64,000 nt of DNA from Lepidodermella squamata. Taxonomy: Eukaryota; Animalia; Gastrotricha. Shown in pieces: positions 46,652-59,672 of the stretch (positions are counted from its first letter, which is position 1; the number at the start of each line of letters is the position of its first letter). The stretch is taken from contig JBLDXI010000001.1 in NCBI GenBank assembly GCA_047495785.1, positions 1,178,001-1,242,000 of the forward strand, in the 5' to 3' direction. The notes beneath the pieces are model-generated. The model was not told the origin of the DNA. It was given only the letters and a program-made list of their open reading frames with translations, and did no database searches. Both the position numbers and the translations under genes were made by a program.

Positions 46652-49600
46652 TTACTTAGCTCCGTTTTGTTGCAAAAACGTTACAATAGGATCATCCCGG
46701 GCGAATGCGGCCTGCATCAAAGGCGTAACACCGTTTCGTTTTCTCACGTTAATTAGCGCCCCGCGCTCGTGCAGTAATTTCACAATTTCAAGATGACCGC
46801 CTTCAACGGCCCAGAACAGCGCAGTAGCGCCTTCTCGATCAACCGCATTTACATTAGCGCCGATTCGAAGCAGAAATTTGACAACCTCCTTATGACCCTG
46901 ATGAGCTGCCTCCATTAAAGCTGTCATTCCTGCATCATCACTCGCGTTGAGATCAGCCCGTTTCGCCTGAAGGAACTGCACGATTTCGAGGTGGCCGAGA
47001 TGAGACGCTAGAATTAACGGCGTTGTTCCATCTTTCTGCTTCTGATTGACATCCCCACCATTCGATTGCAAGAGTTCAACGACAGCTGTATGGCCCCCTC
47101 GAACTGCAGCAATCAAAGCGCTTTGACCAGTCCGATCTGTCGCGGTGATTTTCGCGTTTTTAGCTAGAAGAGCCTTCACAACTTCGATGTGACCACTTGC
47201 AGAGGCGGAGATCAAAGCCGTTGACCCAGTGCTATCTGATGCATTGACACTGGCTCCTGATAGAAGCAAAAGATTAGCCACCTCAAGATGGTTACTCGCC
47301 GCAGCTTTCATCAACGCATTTTGCCCAGATCTATCGCTAGCGTTCGTTTGGCAGCCATTTGCTATCAAATACTCGACTACGTCCCTATAGCCCCTCTCAC
47401 TCGCAGCCATCAAAGGAGTTGAACCATCTCCTTTCGCTGATGTTAGGCTTGCCTTGGTATTCGCATGGAGGAGTTTCACGATTTCGAGATGACCATTCTC
47501 TGCCGCGAAGTAGATGGCGGTTGATCCGTCTTGCGCATGCATACCGACTGTAGCTCCGCTTGATATCAGCAGATCAGCCACATCTGCTCGGCCCTCCTTC
47601 GCTGCAATCATCAACGCCGTAATCCCATCACGATCAGCCGCGTCCACCTTACAGCCGTTGCTTAGCAAAAACGGAATCCCTGTTACACAGTGGCTATTTA
47701 ACGTGGCTTGCATCAACAGGGTGAAGCCGTTCTTCTTCGTCGTTGTCATTAGAGCGCCGAAGCTGTGTAACAACTGAACAGCTTTCATTTGACACTTCTC
47801 AACAGCGTAGAACATTGCAGAAGCGCCATGGCTATCAGTTTGATTGATTTTCGCAGCTTTTGAATGCAGTAGATGAATAATATCTACGTTACCCTTCGCA
47901 GCAGCTTTCATCAAGGCAGTAGTTCCTCTGTGGTCATGTGAATCAGGTCTTGCCCCTGCTTTGAGTAGAAAATTCGCTGCGTCACTCGAGCCACCTTGAG
48001 CCGCGCATAGTAAGGCACTATTACCCGAGCGATCCGTTGCGAAAACATCCGCGCCGTGCTCTATCAGCTCTTCAATGACATCGGCATGGCCATTCAAAGC
48101 GGCTAACATCAGAGCAGTCGTCCCTTCGAGATCTGGTACGTTGACTTCAACGCTGTGTCCAATCATTTTTAGAAGGGCTTTCACCACGTCTAGATGACCA
48201 CCGTGGCAAGCCAACATCAAAGCAGTTCGGCCTTCATCGTTCGTCACATCCATTCTAGCTTGATTCTCTTGAAGGTACTGCATTATATCAGCCCGGCCTG
48301 TTGCACTCGCGATGAGTAGGGGGTTCATACCGTTGAAATCAGCGTCATCTAACGAAGCTCCGCCTGCTCGATGAAGGAGCCGTACAATCGCTAAGCTTCC
48401 CGTTCCTGTCGCTGCCATTATCGGAGTCTCACCCAGGGCATTTTTCTTATGCACTAGGGTCGGATCTGTTCGAATGATTTCTTCGCAGTCCGAATAGTTA
48501 CCTCGAAGCGCTGCCATGAATAAGCTAGAGTTATCATTCGGGAAGCCTAATTTAGCTGTCCAATAGCGAATAGCAGCGATTTTGCAAATAATTTTCTGAC
48601 CGACAACTTCCACCAGTGTTTTAAGTTGAGCTTGCTCAGGCGTAGGATCGTCTTTGTTTTCAACTATCCGCATAAGGGCCGAGTCACCTAGGGCATCTTC
48701 CTGAGCTAGAATTTTAGCAGTGTCGACCCGAGCTCTGTTCAGCTTCGTGATTAGATTCGTCAGTAGCTCAGCTGCGACGTTGTGCTCAGACCCGAAGCTG
48801 GTAATGCGCCATTTTGACAGATACAGTAGATGAAAGAACGACTGGCTATTCGGCCCGTATTTCGCTTTGCACAACTTCTCAATGGTGTGGCTGTCAGTTT
48901 CACTGAGAATAGGTTTGAGGATCAGTTTCCGACGACGAGTAGCCGCTCGGTACAAAACATCGGCATTTACGAATTTCGCTTTGATTTCCGAAGGATCCTG
49001 TTCGATGAAGCGGCCAACTTTTGCTGCATCGCCTGCAGCTTTATGAACGAGATGATGGACGCAGTAGCCAAGATGTAGCCTTTTCTCACTTTCGACAGCA
49101 TCAACGACTTGGAGTAAGGCTTTGGCGTGGAACTGAGCGCAGATCGTAGCAGCCTCGGTTTCTTTAAGGTCCCATAATACTGCAGCGTCTGCGGCATCAA
49201 TAGGCTGGCTGTAATCGAACAGGAGAAACGAGTAGAAATACCATCGCATTTCATTGGTCTCTTTGCTCAAAATGAATAGAAGCAACTTCGTTAGCGTTCG
49301 TAAGGGCTCGGCAGTAGGCATGCCATCTTCGGGCCGGCGGGAGAGTGCTTCACAAAGGAAGCCGTAGATTTTATTTGGATCTTCTTGTTCGTTCGCCGTG
49401 AAACAGGCCCGTATCATCGCACCGATTAGCGGCAGCCCTAGGGACATTGGAGCAAGTGGTTTCAGCTTGTTGAAGCCAAGCCGATCTTTTAAAGGATTTT
49501 CTAGAATGTGTAGCATCTGTCTATCATTCATCTCTTTAACAGGAACCGTTCGAATGTTATATCGATGACCATGAAGACCGGCTTCTCTAGCATCTCGAGT

Positions 49601-51101
49601 GATGGCTACACAACGGATCGTGTTGCCAAGATTAAGGAGGGTTTCGACTATCCTCTTGTTGTTAATGTCGTCCAGGACAAAGAGGAAGCGCTTGGTCGGA
49701 TCCTTTTCCAAAAGAGTTTTGATTTTAAGACGAGTGCGAGGCTTGATTGAACCGAACTCCGATTCCAAGACATCAGCGACTTCGTCAACAAAAGCATCTT
49801 CATCGAAGGACTTCGATTCCTTGAGAACATTGAGCCAGGCAATGACTTCGGCGTGGCATTCGTACCATAAAAATACTTCGTGCCTTTCTTCGTTCAACAA
49901 AGTTGCCACGATACTAGTTTTGCCACATCCGCTATTGCCGGTTATCATTAAGGTGGCTGAAAAATTAGCAATTATTAGTTGTGTTCGGTGGCTAAAAGGT
50001 TAGACGTTATAGGCCCAGGCGGGAATTGAACCCGCGATCTTCTGTTTACGAGACAGACGCTCTACCACTAAGCTACTGAGCCCGGATGATTTCAGCTCAT
50101 AATTTTGAGATAATAATACTTATTCAAACCAACTTACCGGGGCTTTGAGCGTCGCAGACAGTTTTTATGCCAAATTTAATTTCGTTCTCCTCATCCCGAT
50201 CTTGATAATTCGAGCACGGCAGAACGACGCCAATTTTCCGCATTCGCTGAATTTTTGGCAGGTTATGTTCCGGTGCTTTCGACTGCCTTTTCGCGTTATC
50301 CCGCTGAACCCTGGCCTTATTAGGCGGCAAGACATCCTGAGGGCCCTTCGGAGCTGCTGGCATTAAAGACTGCTGGTTAGACATGATCTTATTGCTGGCG
50401 ACACTTGGGTCCATGCTAAGAGCCGTAGTTTGACGACTGAACAGGTAGCCTGCCTCTGATTGGTTTGTATTTTTGAACCGCAAGTTGACTTGGCTAGGTT
50501 TGTTTGAAGTATGCGAAGCGTCTGAGTCACTATCTCTACTTCCAGCTGTTTCCAGTCGCGAGGCCTTTTGCGGATTAATTGTGAATCGGTTTTGATTCGC
50601 CATGGCTCCAATTCCGCCCCCTGCTGCGATATAGCTGGTCTGAAGGTATGACGCCAGAAGAGCATTAGAAGACAGTCCATTGGAGTTATAACTTGGCTCT
50701 CTGGCTATGCCGCGATTCCCATCGAAAAGATTCTTGCGGTGAGCTGCTTTCGGGGAGGAGCTGGGCGACTGTTCTCCCGGCCGACCTGCTACGTGAGGTT
50801 TCCGCTCACCATTCGGCTCTTCAACTTGCGGTTGACCCGTGTGGAAATTACCTCCGGGAGCGAAGTAAGGCGAGCTTGATGGTAGATGGAAAGTTTTGCG
50901 GTAATCCATTTTCGGTGAATCTGTCATCGACATAGGTGGTGAGTTGTGGCGCTGTTCGGCTACAGCCTCAGCAAGCCCAACGCCCAAAGCCCACGCTCCC
51001 TCAGGCTTGCTCGAATTCGGCTCTGGCTGATGAAACTGTTCGTTCAACTGGTTCATCCTGTTTCTGTTCATTTCAGCCTGCTGAAGATGCCTGGTCGACA
51101 T
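46652..51101 (-). CDS. STAND/NB-ARC-type P-loop NTPase with ~19 C-terminal ankyrin repeats and a low-complexity N-terminus, 2 exons (51101-50138, 49956-46652), ~1422 aa
   Basis: Walker A GNSGCGKT, Walker B FLFVLDDI, sensor AITRD, GLPL, MHD-like VHH; GxTALMxAA repeats; phase-1 intron 49957-50137 joins the two ORFs in frame. Confidence 0.82.
50011..50082 (-). tRNA. tRNA-Thr(CGT)
   Basis: GGCTCAG/CTGGGCC acceptor stem, TAGCTTAGTGG A-box, anticodon arm TCTGT-CTCGTAA-ACAGA, GGTTCAATTCC T-arm; 72 nt, no encoded CCA; T-run downstream. Confidence 0.95.
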
Positions 51102-51731
51102 TTTAGTACCTTTCAGGCTAATTTATCTGGTAAATAATATTATACGAAAATTAATGGCCACTCATGCGCTAGTTATTCTCTCATCTAATTGAGACTCGTC
51201 AATTGCTCGACCATGGTTACCAGCGGCGACTTCAATACCCTGTCAATGACGCGTTTTATTTAGTACTTTTAAATGGCAAATGCGCCTTCCGCTAACCGCT
51301 AACACTTGTGGGATGGGACTCACTGTCCTAGACGTATTGAAGGAGTCAGAACCTGAAATCAGTACGCTAGACGCTAGTACTTTCTAAGTTATCCGGTCGA
51401 CTCGTTTACGCTTGGAAAATAAGAAAAAGTGAAGGAAAGGAGTCTGTACTTTTGGCTGGGTAAAAAATGAAGAACACGCCAGATTACCATGTGTTGCCGC
51501 AGGTTTCTGTTACGGTTGAATTCATATAGGTATACGTCTGCATGATACAAAGTGATTTAACATGAAGGCTTTGTCATTACAGCGCCGTTGAATTATCAAC
51601 GGTGACACGTTTCACAATCGTAGATGCAATAATCCTTTCATATGAAACAGGATGTAACCACGTAATATTGCGGATGTTACTCTGGACTATATAACCGATG
51701 GAAAAGCTTTTCTTTAAACATTATCCACAAA

Positions 51732-53898
51732 ATGGTAGCAGTTTTGTTCATAGTTACCACGACGCTTCTAGCTGGAACCTGTCAGGCTGCCGTTTCGTCT
51801 ACCACGACAGTTGGGCAAGACAGAGCTCTGCGAACTACAACCACCGTCAAAAAGACAGTTCGATGTGCAAATCCACCATTCGTCTCGTGTGCCGAATGCT
51901 CTGCTACTCCGTGGCCGACCACTCAGGCGGCTTCTCGAAATTTCATGCCTAAACTTGTTCCGATGAACTCCACCAGCAATCGTGCCGTAATGCTGTTTGA
52001 CGTCGGTGATGTTGTGTACTATCGCAGCAAAACGAGCAACTACACCCTGCGAGGACCGACATCTTTGACATGCCTAGCGAATGGATCGTGGTCCGAGGCG
52101 CCAACTTGCATTCGACAGTACTTTTGCGCCATTCCCAATATCATTAACGCTGCTTGCTCCGCAAACGGGCAGTCTATCGTGCTGCAGGGACTGCGAGCAA
52201 CTTGCACGTGCAAATCAGGTTACTACGTTGTTGGCAATGCGAACATCACTTGCGCACCGGGAGGATCGTTCGCGGAGCTGTATTACGATGACAACAAGCA
52301 GGTTACGCATCCAAGCTGTCGACCAATCACTACTACAACCACGAGCCGTCCTGATGGCTGCTACAACGGCCCGCCAATAATAAAGAGCGGGAAGTGTGTC
52401 AACGTCAAGTCGCCAAGTAGCAACGTGTTTAATCAGAACGATGAAGCCAAATGTACATGTGACCGCTGCTACAAACTAAACTCAACGACGACGATCAAGT
52501 GCTTGGGCGGTGGCAAATTCTCTAATGTTCCTGCTTGTATTCTAGACTCAATAGCCTGTCCTTCGAATAACTGCGCGAAGTCTCCGGACGTTCCAGGTGC
52601 TGGCTGCATGAACTGCACAGGCCCTAATCGTGTTTTCACGTTCAAACCCGGCGATACAGTCACCTATCAATGCCAGTCTGGCTACGCGACCGTGGGTAAT
52701 CCGACGGTTACATGCCAAGTCAGCGGAAACTGGACAAAACCTCCTACGTGCGTCCTTGGAGCAACCACGCCAAAGCCTATCCGCTGCAATCAAATTCCAA
52801 CGATGGTGAACGGCCGCTGCTTGGTAACTGACAACAACGATGATGATGACGATAATGAATTCAGCACTTCGCGAACTGCGACCTGCTCTTGTGGGATCGA
52901 CGAGGATGACAATAACGTATATCGCCTAACAGGTAATGCTGTCATCACATGTCAAGCCTCTGGAGTCTGGAGCACTGCTCCAACATGCACAAAGGTATTC
53001 ACCACTAGTCAGTCATTCATTTCTCAGCATTAGTTTTCACTAGGTCGAGAAAACAACGGTGAAACCTACTACGGCGATACCAAACACCTGCAGCCTGATG
53101 ACCATTGCCAATGGCGTTTGCGCTGCCTCAAATGACGACGGCTCGACTGATTTTTCCGTTGGCGAGACCATCGATTGTGAATGTGACGATAATGCCAGAC
53201 CATTGAATCCTGAAAATTCTGTTGTCTCGTGTCAGCGTGGAGGCACTTGGTCATCCTCCGGACCTAAATGCTCGACTGTCAAATGTGGAGATGCACCTCC
53301 TGTCACGAATGGGTACTGTATCGACAAGGAGAGCGATTTTTGGCCCGGTGAAACTACAACTTGCGCTTGCAGCACTAATTATCAACTAAGCTCGGGATCT
53401 GCAACTATCAGATGCCTCGATACTGGGAAATGGAATTCCAGTGTCACATGCTTAACCACTGTTACTGCTGTCCAAGGCTGTCCGAACTTTGGCCTCGTTC
53501 GCGGAACTTGCAATTTCCGTACCACACCGAAAACACTGGTTGGTGAAACAGTATCTTGCAGCTGCCAATCTGGGTACAACCTTGTCGGGTCGGAGAGTTT
53601 CACTTGCCTGGGAGCGAATCAATGGAACACTCAACCCTTCCCGAACTGTCTACCAAGTACAAATATAACTGGCTGTCCCTTACCAGAAATTGCTTTTGGT
53701 AGCTGTGTCGTCAACAGCAATCAGTACTGTGCTACAACGAATCCTTGCAGCATTACCATAGACGGCGCGACTATAACGTGCACCTGCCAACCTGGATACA
53801 AGCTGATCAACTTTACGGCTTATCCTAATTTTCCTGTCTGCAATCCTAACTACAAGTGGCATCCATTTATCCCATATTGTGTGCCCACTGCGGCTTGA
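51732..53898 (+). CDS. Secreted multi-sushi (CCP/SCR) domain protein, 2 exons (51732-52994, 53044-53898), 705 aa
   Basis: Signal peptide; about nine C..P....NG...C..GY...G...TC...G.WS..P.C modules with Thr-rich linkers; no TM anchor; 49-nt phase-0 intron. Confidence 0.87.
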
Positions 53899-54571
53899 GT
53901 GCTGGTAATGACGAAAAACAGGTTCGCTGCATTACCAGACTAGTGCACCTGTATAAAAGACAATTAATCATTATGTGTCACACTGTTCTACTTAGGATAG
54001 ACCTGGTCACATGATGCCACCAAACTGGCTTGATAAATCAGCGATTTGTGAATAATACTAATATAATAAATAATTCATCTTTCTCTGCACCTACTGGCGT
54101 ACTGATTTTCTGATAATGCTGCGATAAAAGAGCATAAGTCAGAGAGCCAGCATGCTACGTGAACAAAGGTGAAAAAATATGAGCAGCAGTCAGAAGGTGA
54201 TGAACTAAGGGCTAAGGGGAGCGTTACTTGTTACTTGGAAAGCTGATACAACTTGATTTTGGGGGGAAATGAAATTCTATGATGAAGATCACCATTTCGG
54301 CAAAGTTATTGTTTTTGTTAGCAGGCGACGGTTACGCAAACGTTAGCCACTTCGTATAAGGGGTTATTTTACGAATGGTCTCCTGGGATGTTTCTAGTTG
54401 TCTTAAAAGTTCAATAACTTTCAAGAATGAACTTCAGACTTCATTTTTGATATGCCTAATTCGCCGCATTTTGGCCCATTTGGAAGTGACCCTACCGTCG
54501 TTCGGGGCGAGTTGGTCAGTGAAAAAATAACAATTTACTCCTGATTTTATTGCTTATTTAAAATAAGCGAA

Positions 54572-54703
54572 CAGCTCGTTCACGTCGCAGAAGACCCGCA
54601 CTTCAGAAAATGTCTGACAGTACACCGAGTACGATAAATGCTTTTTACTGAATTCTACTGTAAAAGATACACTTGTGAGTTCTTCCGCGACGTGAACGAG
54701 CTG
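54572..54703. repeat. 132-bp inverted repeat / hairpin (small MITE or structured RNA)
   Basis: cagctcgttcacgtcgc(a/g)gaaga pairs with tcttccgcgacgtgaacgagctg; the outer 17 bp are perfect. Confidence 0.65.
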
Positions 54704-55173
54704 CGACCCTAGTCTCAGCATCGACTGAAGATTCGGGATGCGCGAAATGTGGATCTACGACTCAAACGGCATACTGATATCAATTTAAATCAGAATAGCC
54801 TGTTGTTTTACCTATAGACTTGCCTTCCGCTGAAAATAGCTGAAAATGATTAGAACAGCGCGAAAAGATACACTTTTCACTTTACAGTGGTCAAATATGA
54901 CTAAAGCGTCGGAAACTCACCTCATCGTCGCAATCACTTGAACGCGACTTGAACAAGGGTGAGCATGCCGTTCACCGTGTCTCAAGGCGCCGGTCTGCTA
55001 TCTTCAAAACTAAATTTTGACTTATTATGTATGCCATCGGAATTTCATTCCGCGATTGTAGCAAATGACTATAATAGTATCAAGCTGCTTTTTTTGCGCT
55101 CCGCTTAATGCTATTAATGCAGAGGTCATCTTAATTATCTTCAATAAATTTCTTCGCTATCAGAAACGACATA

Positions 55174-55482
55174 CCCGGAGGTAGCGTCTAGAACATGTAA
55201 TTTAATCGATTTCGCTCGATCTACATCGAAATCGTCGTCATCATCGACGATGCCGCGGTCTTCTTATTCACCGACAAGATTCTCCTCTTCGCCATAGCCG
55301 AAGTTCTCCTCCTCCTTGTCCTGCTTTGACTTTGAAAGTCGAACTGAACAAATCAAGAGTAACGTATCAATTTGTTTCCTCTTACTGCGTTCACTTTTCC
55401 TGTCTTAAATCTGAACCTGTCCTGAAATTATCTGTTGCTTTTTTCTTCAAACATTGTCAAGCTGCCCTCCCTTGGGTGTCAT
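55174..55482 (-). pseudogene. Remnant of a multi-exon gene with in-frame stops (acidic low-complexity product)
   Basis: ATG 55482, GTAAG...TTCAG intron, then RLSKSKQDKEEENFGYGEEENLVGE*EDRGIVDDDDDFDVD... ending at a GTATGT donor; three stops in frame. Confidence 0.35.
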
Positions 55483-55971
55483 AGCTTTTAAATAAATAAT
55501 AAATAAAAAACCTTTTAAGGTGTCGTATAAAAATGTTACATTACCGTGGCGTGGGGTAATTTGACCGTAAAAGTCGCCTTCTGGTCGATTTCACATCGAT
55601 AAAAACGTTTTTCACGAATTTTTTTAATAGGAACATTCCTTGCCACCTCAGCTACATTTCCCTTTTTACAGAATTCGAAAATCGTTTTTTAAATGACAAG
55701 GATGGTCAGTACCAACTCGTTTACTTTAGGCGTTGAGATTTAGAGCATTTATAACAAGGAATTCTGGGATCGGATGAAAACGCCGTTTTCACAGAAAGAT
55801 TCCTCTCGGTGATACCTTTCAGTTGGCACCTTGAACTCAGAAAACTGAAGTCGCAATCCCAAGCGGTAATTTTACCTGAATTTTGTGAGGTAACTTGGCC
55901 GATTTTAATTTGGCCAAGACATGATCATGATGAATGATGAATCATTGTCCTAGTTTCTGCCAAATGGTTCA

Positions 55972-56288
55972 TCCCGATGAAAGCAGCAAACTTTCCGATA
56001 AAATAAGCTCGTAATAATGATAATGCGATGTAGCTATGAACCACTGTTTTTCCGACGGTTTAAGTTAAAAGTTAAGTTTAAGTTTAAGTTTGCACCCTAA
56101 AAAACCCGAAGGCCGAAGTACAGACCTAGATGTTTACGTCGGAACAACAATAACTTACTTAAGTCATCGGAAAGTAAAAATTAGAATATTTTTAACTTAA
56201 ACCGTCGGAAAAGCAGTGGCTCATAGCTACATCGCATTATCGTTATCACGAGCTCATTTTATCGGAAAGTTTGCTGCTTTCATCGGGA
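55972..56288. mobile_element. MITE with ~99-bp terminal inverted repeats
   Basis: 55972-56070 is the reverse complement of 56190-56288 with 5 mismatches, all transitions; no clear target-site duplication. Confidence 0.8.
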
Positions 56289-58013
56289 AAGCTTCGAAAG
56301 CTGAAGCCTTTAATTCCGCGACATTACAAGACTCGAGTAAGCGAATCGATAAAGCCCGAGCTTTTCAGCTCGTTATTCAGAAGTCTTTTCACGCAAAAAC
56401 CGCAATATTGGGAATAATTTCTTCCCCGATCAGGGGCAGCGAAGCTTCATATTGCATGCCTTTCTGAAGCGATTCATCTTGGGCTTCGACTTTTAATCCC
56501 AGTCACTGAAGTCACGGGGCTCTGCAACCTTAAAATAGAAAATAAAAATCATTATTGTAGGCTGCAATTATTTGGCGAATTTCTCAGGTTTAAAGCCTGG
56601 AAAAAATGTCGCAAACTTATAGCCAAAAATATGAAATTTCACTGATTTTTAAATTAAGGAGGATTCAAACTAACGGCAATCAGCCACGGGTATCAAATTT
56701 TAACGAGCCGTATGCTCCTTCCTAAAATTGAAAATAAGAAATCGATGGAAAATGAAAAATTGCAGTCCCGAAGGGAAAAGAGTTATCCAGGTGATTTTCT
56801 TAAGAAAGATTTTAAACCGAAAATCTTTAACCGATAATTTTTTGAAAATGTCCTCTGAGCTCGTGGCTCGTGCTAAATTTCAAGTTGAATTTAAAGTGTG
56901 TTGTTGATACGCATTTACATTAAAATTTTTCACAGCTTGTTTTTTCTTCGAGTGAGCAACACAGTTTTGCATGGTGCAAATAATCGATTTTTCGATATTG
57001 ATATTCTCGACAACGAAGCCGAATCCCGCAACGGGGTTCGGTTCATTATAACCGTAAAGAAATGCCCAATTTTTTTATAAATTTTTTTTAAGAATTTATG
57101 AGCAAGGAATGTTTTTATTCGATCAAAAAATAAACTAGCACCTAAATAAACTAAATTATGAGATGTACATATTTTCGGCCAAATTTATAATGGCCGATCC
57201 ACGATAATTAAGTTTCAATGCGAAGTGTGTGAGTGTCCGATCTGTATTTTTTAGTGTCCGATTATTGTCTATGGCCACAACGCTACCCTGATGTGTACAG
57301 GAAACCACTGGGTAGAGGGTAGATGGTAGAGGGTTAAAAATCCTTTGCTTTCCATTCTCAAAATGTAAAAAATGTCTGTCTTCGAATTTCACAGATGCTC
57401 AGAGAAAAGGGTACATTCGTAGCCAAATGTATTTCCTAGGATCTCAGACTAGACACTAGACAAAATATAGTACGAGTCGTGACCAAGAGGGAACTTGGAC
57501 GCACTTCTTGCTTGATCACTCCCCCAGCGTGATGAAATGCTTCCGCTTCCGCGTTCTTTTGAGCGTCTCCGACGAATAACTTGCCGCCTACTTATTCGAG
57601 GAAGTAAATGTCGTTATGGGTCACGAGAAAACGTCCAGTCGTATTGTCGCGATGATATAATGCGTGATTTGAATGCTTCGCTGGTGATTTCTGAACGTGT
57701 TCACCTTATCAGTGCATCGGAGGCGTGGAAGTAAGTCTAAAAACATCGCCGGGTCGTGTTTTATTAAAAGCTTTGCTCCCAATTCGGAAAGGACGTTCAT
57801 GCGTAATGTTGAGCTAGAGAGTGGCTCGACGGAATTCACTTTCACGGAAAACTGTCATCTTTCCAGTCGCCCTCTCTGGAAAAATATTTCCGCTTCCGAA
57901 TTCAAAAGAGCTGCGTAGACTGTCGTGTATCCTATTCATTCGAAGATAAATATAAGGCTTCATTTCAGCCCAAAAAAGTTCACTTTTTGAGAAAGATTTC
58001 AAAAGCAAATAAT

Positions 58014-59315
58014 ATGAACTATTCAACGCTGCCCACGATAGGAACATCTTGGGTATTAGCTACATTAGCTGACCACGGCGATGAGAAACCGAGGCCATAC
58101 TTCATCGGATGGTTCCACGATCTCGGGAAGACAACGTTCGAACAACGCTTCGGACAATTCATGGTGTACCTGACCATCTCAGTCCTAGCTGTAATCGCTA
58201 GCATTTGGAATGGGATTCTGTACTACAAGCGTTCGGTCCGTAGAGATTTCTTGGTGTTGGTTTCATTGCTTGGAGCGGCGAATTCGGTTCTTTGCGTTCT
58301 CTACGCTGTTATGGTAGGGCTGACGCTGGAGACAGGGTTCTGGGAGGGCGGTTCAACTGGCTGCGTTTTGCTGCATTGGTTCTTATTCTCAAGCGGCACT
58401 GCAGCTCCGTGGCTTTTCATGCTGATCAGCTACGAACGAAAGCTCTTATTACTTTCGGATGGTCTCCACTCCGCAGCCAACTCGAAAAGGGTGAGTTTAT
58501 CAATCGGTAAAACGTTATCTTATATATCTACAATCGATACATTTTTAGGTGGCTATTTTCGCCGCCTTGAGCGTTGTCATCGTCACAGTAACATGGGCCA
58601 CGCTATGCTTCTACCCCTTCAGAGCTTTCAGCATGCAGCTTATCCCCGTGCCAGGCTTCAACAACGGTTCTGCCATAGCGTTATGCGGAGGGTTCGGATA
58701 TCGTTTTTTCGGAAGCTATGACACAACGTTGCTCGTTGTGATCTACTACGCCGTAGTTGTCAGTGTGCCAAGCTGCATAATCGCCTACAACTACTGGTAC
58801 GTGATTGAACTATTTTTCAAAGACATTTCTTATTTCCATATTTCAGGAAAATATTCGGTCTCTTTCGTTCGATTCGGCAAAGATATCGCGGCGTGGGTTC
58901 AAGATTCAGGTCAAGAGTAAACACAGTCACTACAACGCGAAAGACTTCGACTGTAAATACAATAACAACTGGTACTGCAGGTTCAGCCTCGACAGCCGCA
59001 ACCCGCAACATGGCGGACGATTGGAAAACTCGGGAGCTGTTCTTCGTCAAGCAATCAATGGTGTCTTTGTTGGTCTACACCCTGTTTCGCGTTCCTGTGT
59101 TGATTTCATTCGTATTGACTATTTACTTCGAAGACTTAGGGCCTCAATTGCTGACCGCTCCGATTCACAAAGCTACGACTTTGATTTACATGAGTGAAGC
59201 TTTTATTGGACCAGCTCTTCAAAGCGTTAAGCCTGGCTTTACTAATGACGTGGCCAGATGGAAGACCAAGATCTCGAAAAAATTATCTGCGCTGTTCAAG
59301 TGTCGAGAGCGATGA
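58014..59315 (+). CDS. Divergent class A (rhodopsin-family) GPCR, 3 exons (58014-58490, 58549-58796, 58847-59315)
   Basis: 7 TM; TM3 Cys and ISYER (DRY-like); TM5 P...YNY; TM6 FRVP; TM7 GP in place of NP; GT-AG introns of 58 and 50 nt. Confidence 0.75.
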
Positions 59316-59672
59316 GCTATTACCATGTTACAGCTTTCACCATGCTTTACCATGTTATTCTTAGATCTTAGCGACAAAAATTTAACAGCGTATAGTAAAA
59401 ATATCAGAACATCGTCAACGTATGAGTGGAAGATGAGAAGTTGAAATCTGCGTGACGAAGGAAACGTAGCCAGGTAAAATATCTCAGCAATCAAGTTCAA
59501 ATAACTGCCTTGCATTTTAATCTCTTGGGCAGTTGCGCGTTCGTGCTCATAATTGGGTATATCAACCTCCCCCTCAGAGATGAACGGCTCATTGCGCCTG
59601 ACTTTGCAAAAATCGAAACTCACTGAAACTCCTGCTTTTTCTTGATTTTACATAAAAGAATCTCACGTTTTC

